Below, in pieces: positions 62,721 through 64,000 of a stretch of 64,000 bases of DNA (positions are counted from its first letter, which is position 1; the number at the start of each line of letters is the position of its first letter). The notes beneath the pieces were generated by a model that saw nothing but the letters and a program-made list of their open reading frames with translations, ran no database searches and was not told the DNA's origin. The stretch lies in contig OZ316897.1 in the NCBI GenBank assembly GCA_973895155.1, forward strand, positions 7,864,470 through 7,928,469, given 5' to 3'. A program made the position numbers and the translations under genes. The DNA is from Marsupella aquatica (Eukaryota > Plantae > Marchantiophyta).

Positions 62721-64000
62721 CAACAAAACTAGCCAAAGCGAGTTGAAATTGACAAGGTTGTACAAGTCCAATCTTACCGAGATGTGCACTCGTCGAGCGA
62801 CAATGACATCCTTTTCTGGACAATTCAAGCGTCAGGACACTCTGCACTGCAGAGAGAAAGGTTGATTTCTGCAGAACCCGCCAATTGTACACCCTCAAAG
62901 AACTCAATAGCCATTGATGCTGGAAGCTTACCTGACCCACGGATTTCCATCGGTGCTTGCCCGACGATGGGCTACTCACATGATACTTTGACGGCTTCGG
63001 TTTGTAGTAAGCACCCACTCGGTACCGAAGGTCGTTGTATCGTTTCAAAATAATCAGCTTATTTTCCTAGTTGGTCTTCAAAAACAAGAGTTGCCGGCAT
63101 AGCTCAGGAGAATGAGTCTGAGTTTGAGTTATTCTCGATCTGACGTGTCGTTTGGATTCGGCTAAGGACCTGATGTCGCTGTGAAGTTCAACTTACCTTT
63201 GATTCTAAGAGTACTCGATTGACGACCACTCGACAATTAGATGCATCTCGAGATGCATGGAGCTTGATGACTAATCGCCTGGCGTCTTTACTTTACATGC
63301 GTCCAGAGCTTGTGGTTAGCGCCATTGTCGACTTTCGTCCTTGCAGTCCGTCACGGAGATCATGCGTTGATGAACAAGTTGTTGACAAAACGATATCGAT
63401 GCACCCTTTCAGGCTAGATTGCGAATTAGTTCGAGAATTCCAGATTAAGTGTGCGCGCTCTTTCTCCCCCTTCACATGGATTGTGGCTAAATATTGGTTA
63501 TGCTCAATCTAGTCGACAGCTTCATTGCACAATTGACCACCTATTCTTTTGATGATCACTTTTTCTAGAAAATCAATGCATTAACCCATTACAGTAACGC
63601 CTCACAGGGGTCCAGGTCGCTGATGGTACACACCAGTAGTGCTTGAGAAAGACGACCGGTTGGCCGAGCCAAAATGTGGCCGATGCCATGCTTTATCTCC
63701 TTTGGATCAAATCCAGTACAACCTATGGACACCTAGTTTGCCACATCAGTGATTGCTGGATTCGGCGTGTCGAAGCAGACTGCGAAGGATATAAGAAAGA
63801 CTTTTCTGAAGTGATATAGAGTGAAATAGAAATCGCATCCTCCGTATACAGCAGATATAAATCTATCGTAGGTGCACATCAGAGCTAAGAGATTCATTAA
63901 TGCCTGGCCCTTAGGTCTTGCACTAAATGGGCATCGGATCATAATCATCAATTTGCTACTTCTCGTGAGGATAGGTAACAAATAGACCTGTCTAAATCGA

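Overview
This is eukaryotic land-plant nuclear DNA. It looks bryophyte/liverwort-like, which is an inference from the long leaders, intron style and transposon types. It holds five host genes: an R2R3-MYB of the FOUR LIPS/MYB88 type (+, 6862-14062), a 55-aa single-TM microprotein (-, 16540-16707), an intronless DPH1 (-, 19333-20940), an ICT1/mL62-like GGQ peptidyl-tRNA hydrolase (+, 44631-47112) and a TT9/GFS9/CLEC16A homolog (+, 52233-61180). A ~23-kb stack of transposons lies between the head-to-head DPH1 and ICT1 genes. It comprises a Tourist-like MITE, a PIF/Harbinger element (22375-39145), a complete CACTA element nested in it (23118-34306, GGA TSD), a 5'-truncated LINE nested in the CACTA (17-bp TSD), and a second Harbinger (39279-44277, TTA TSD). 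The main finding is that the CACTA element encodes a SET-domain (lysine methyltransferase-like) exon inside the first intron of its transposase gene. Phase-compatible acceptors would let one Zn-binding first exon splice to either the SET exon or the transposase. A second finding is an RPA70-C-like Zn-ribbon OB-fold cargo gene that occurs twice: once inside the Harbinger and once in a decayed region at the left end. All domain calls come from motifs recognised by eye; no searches were run.
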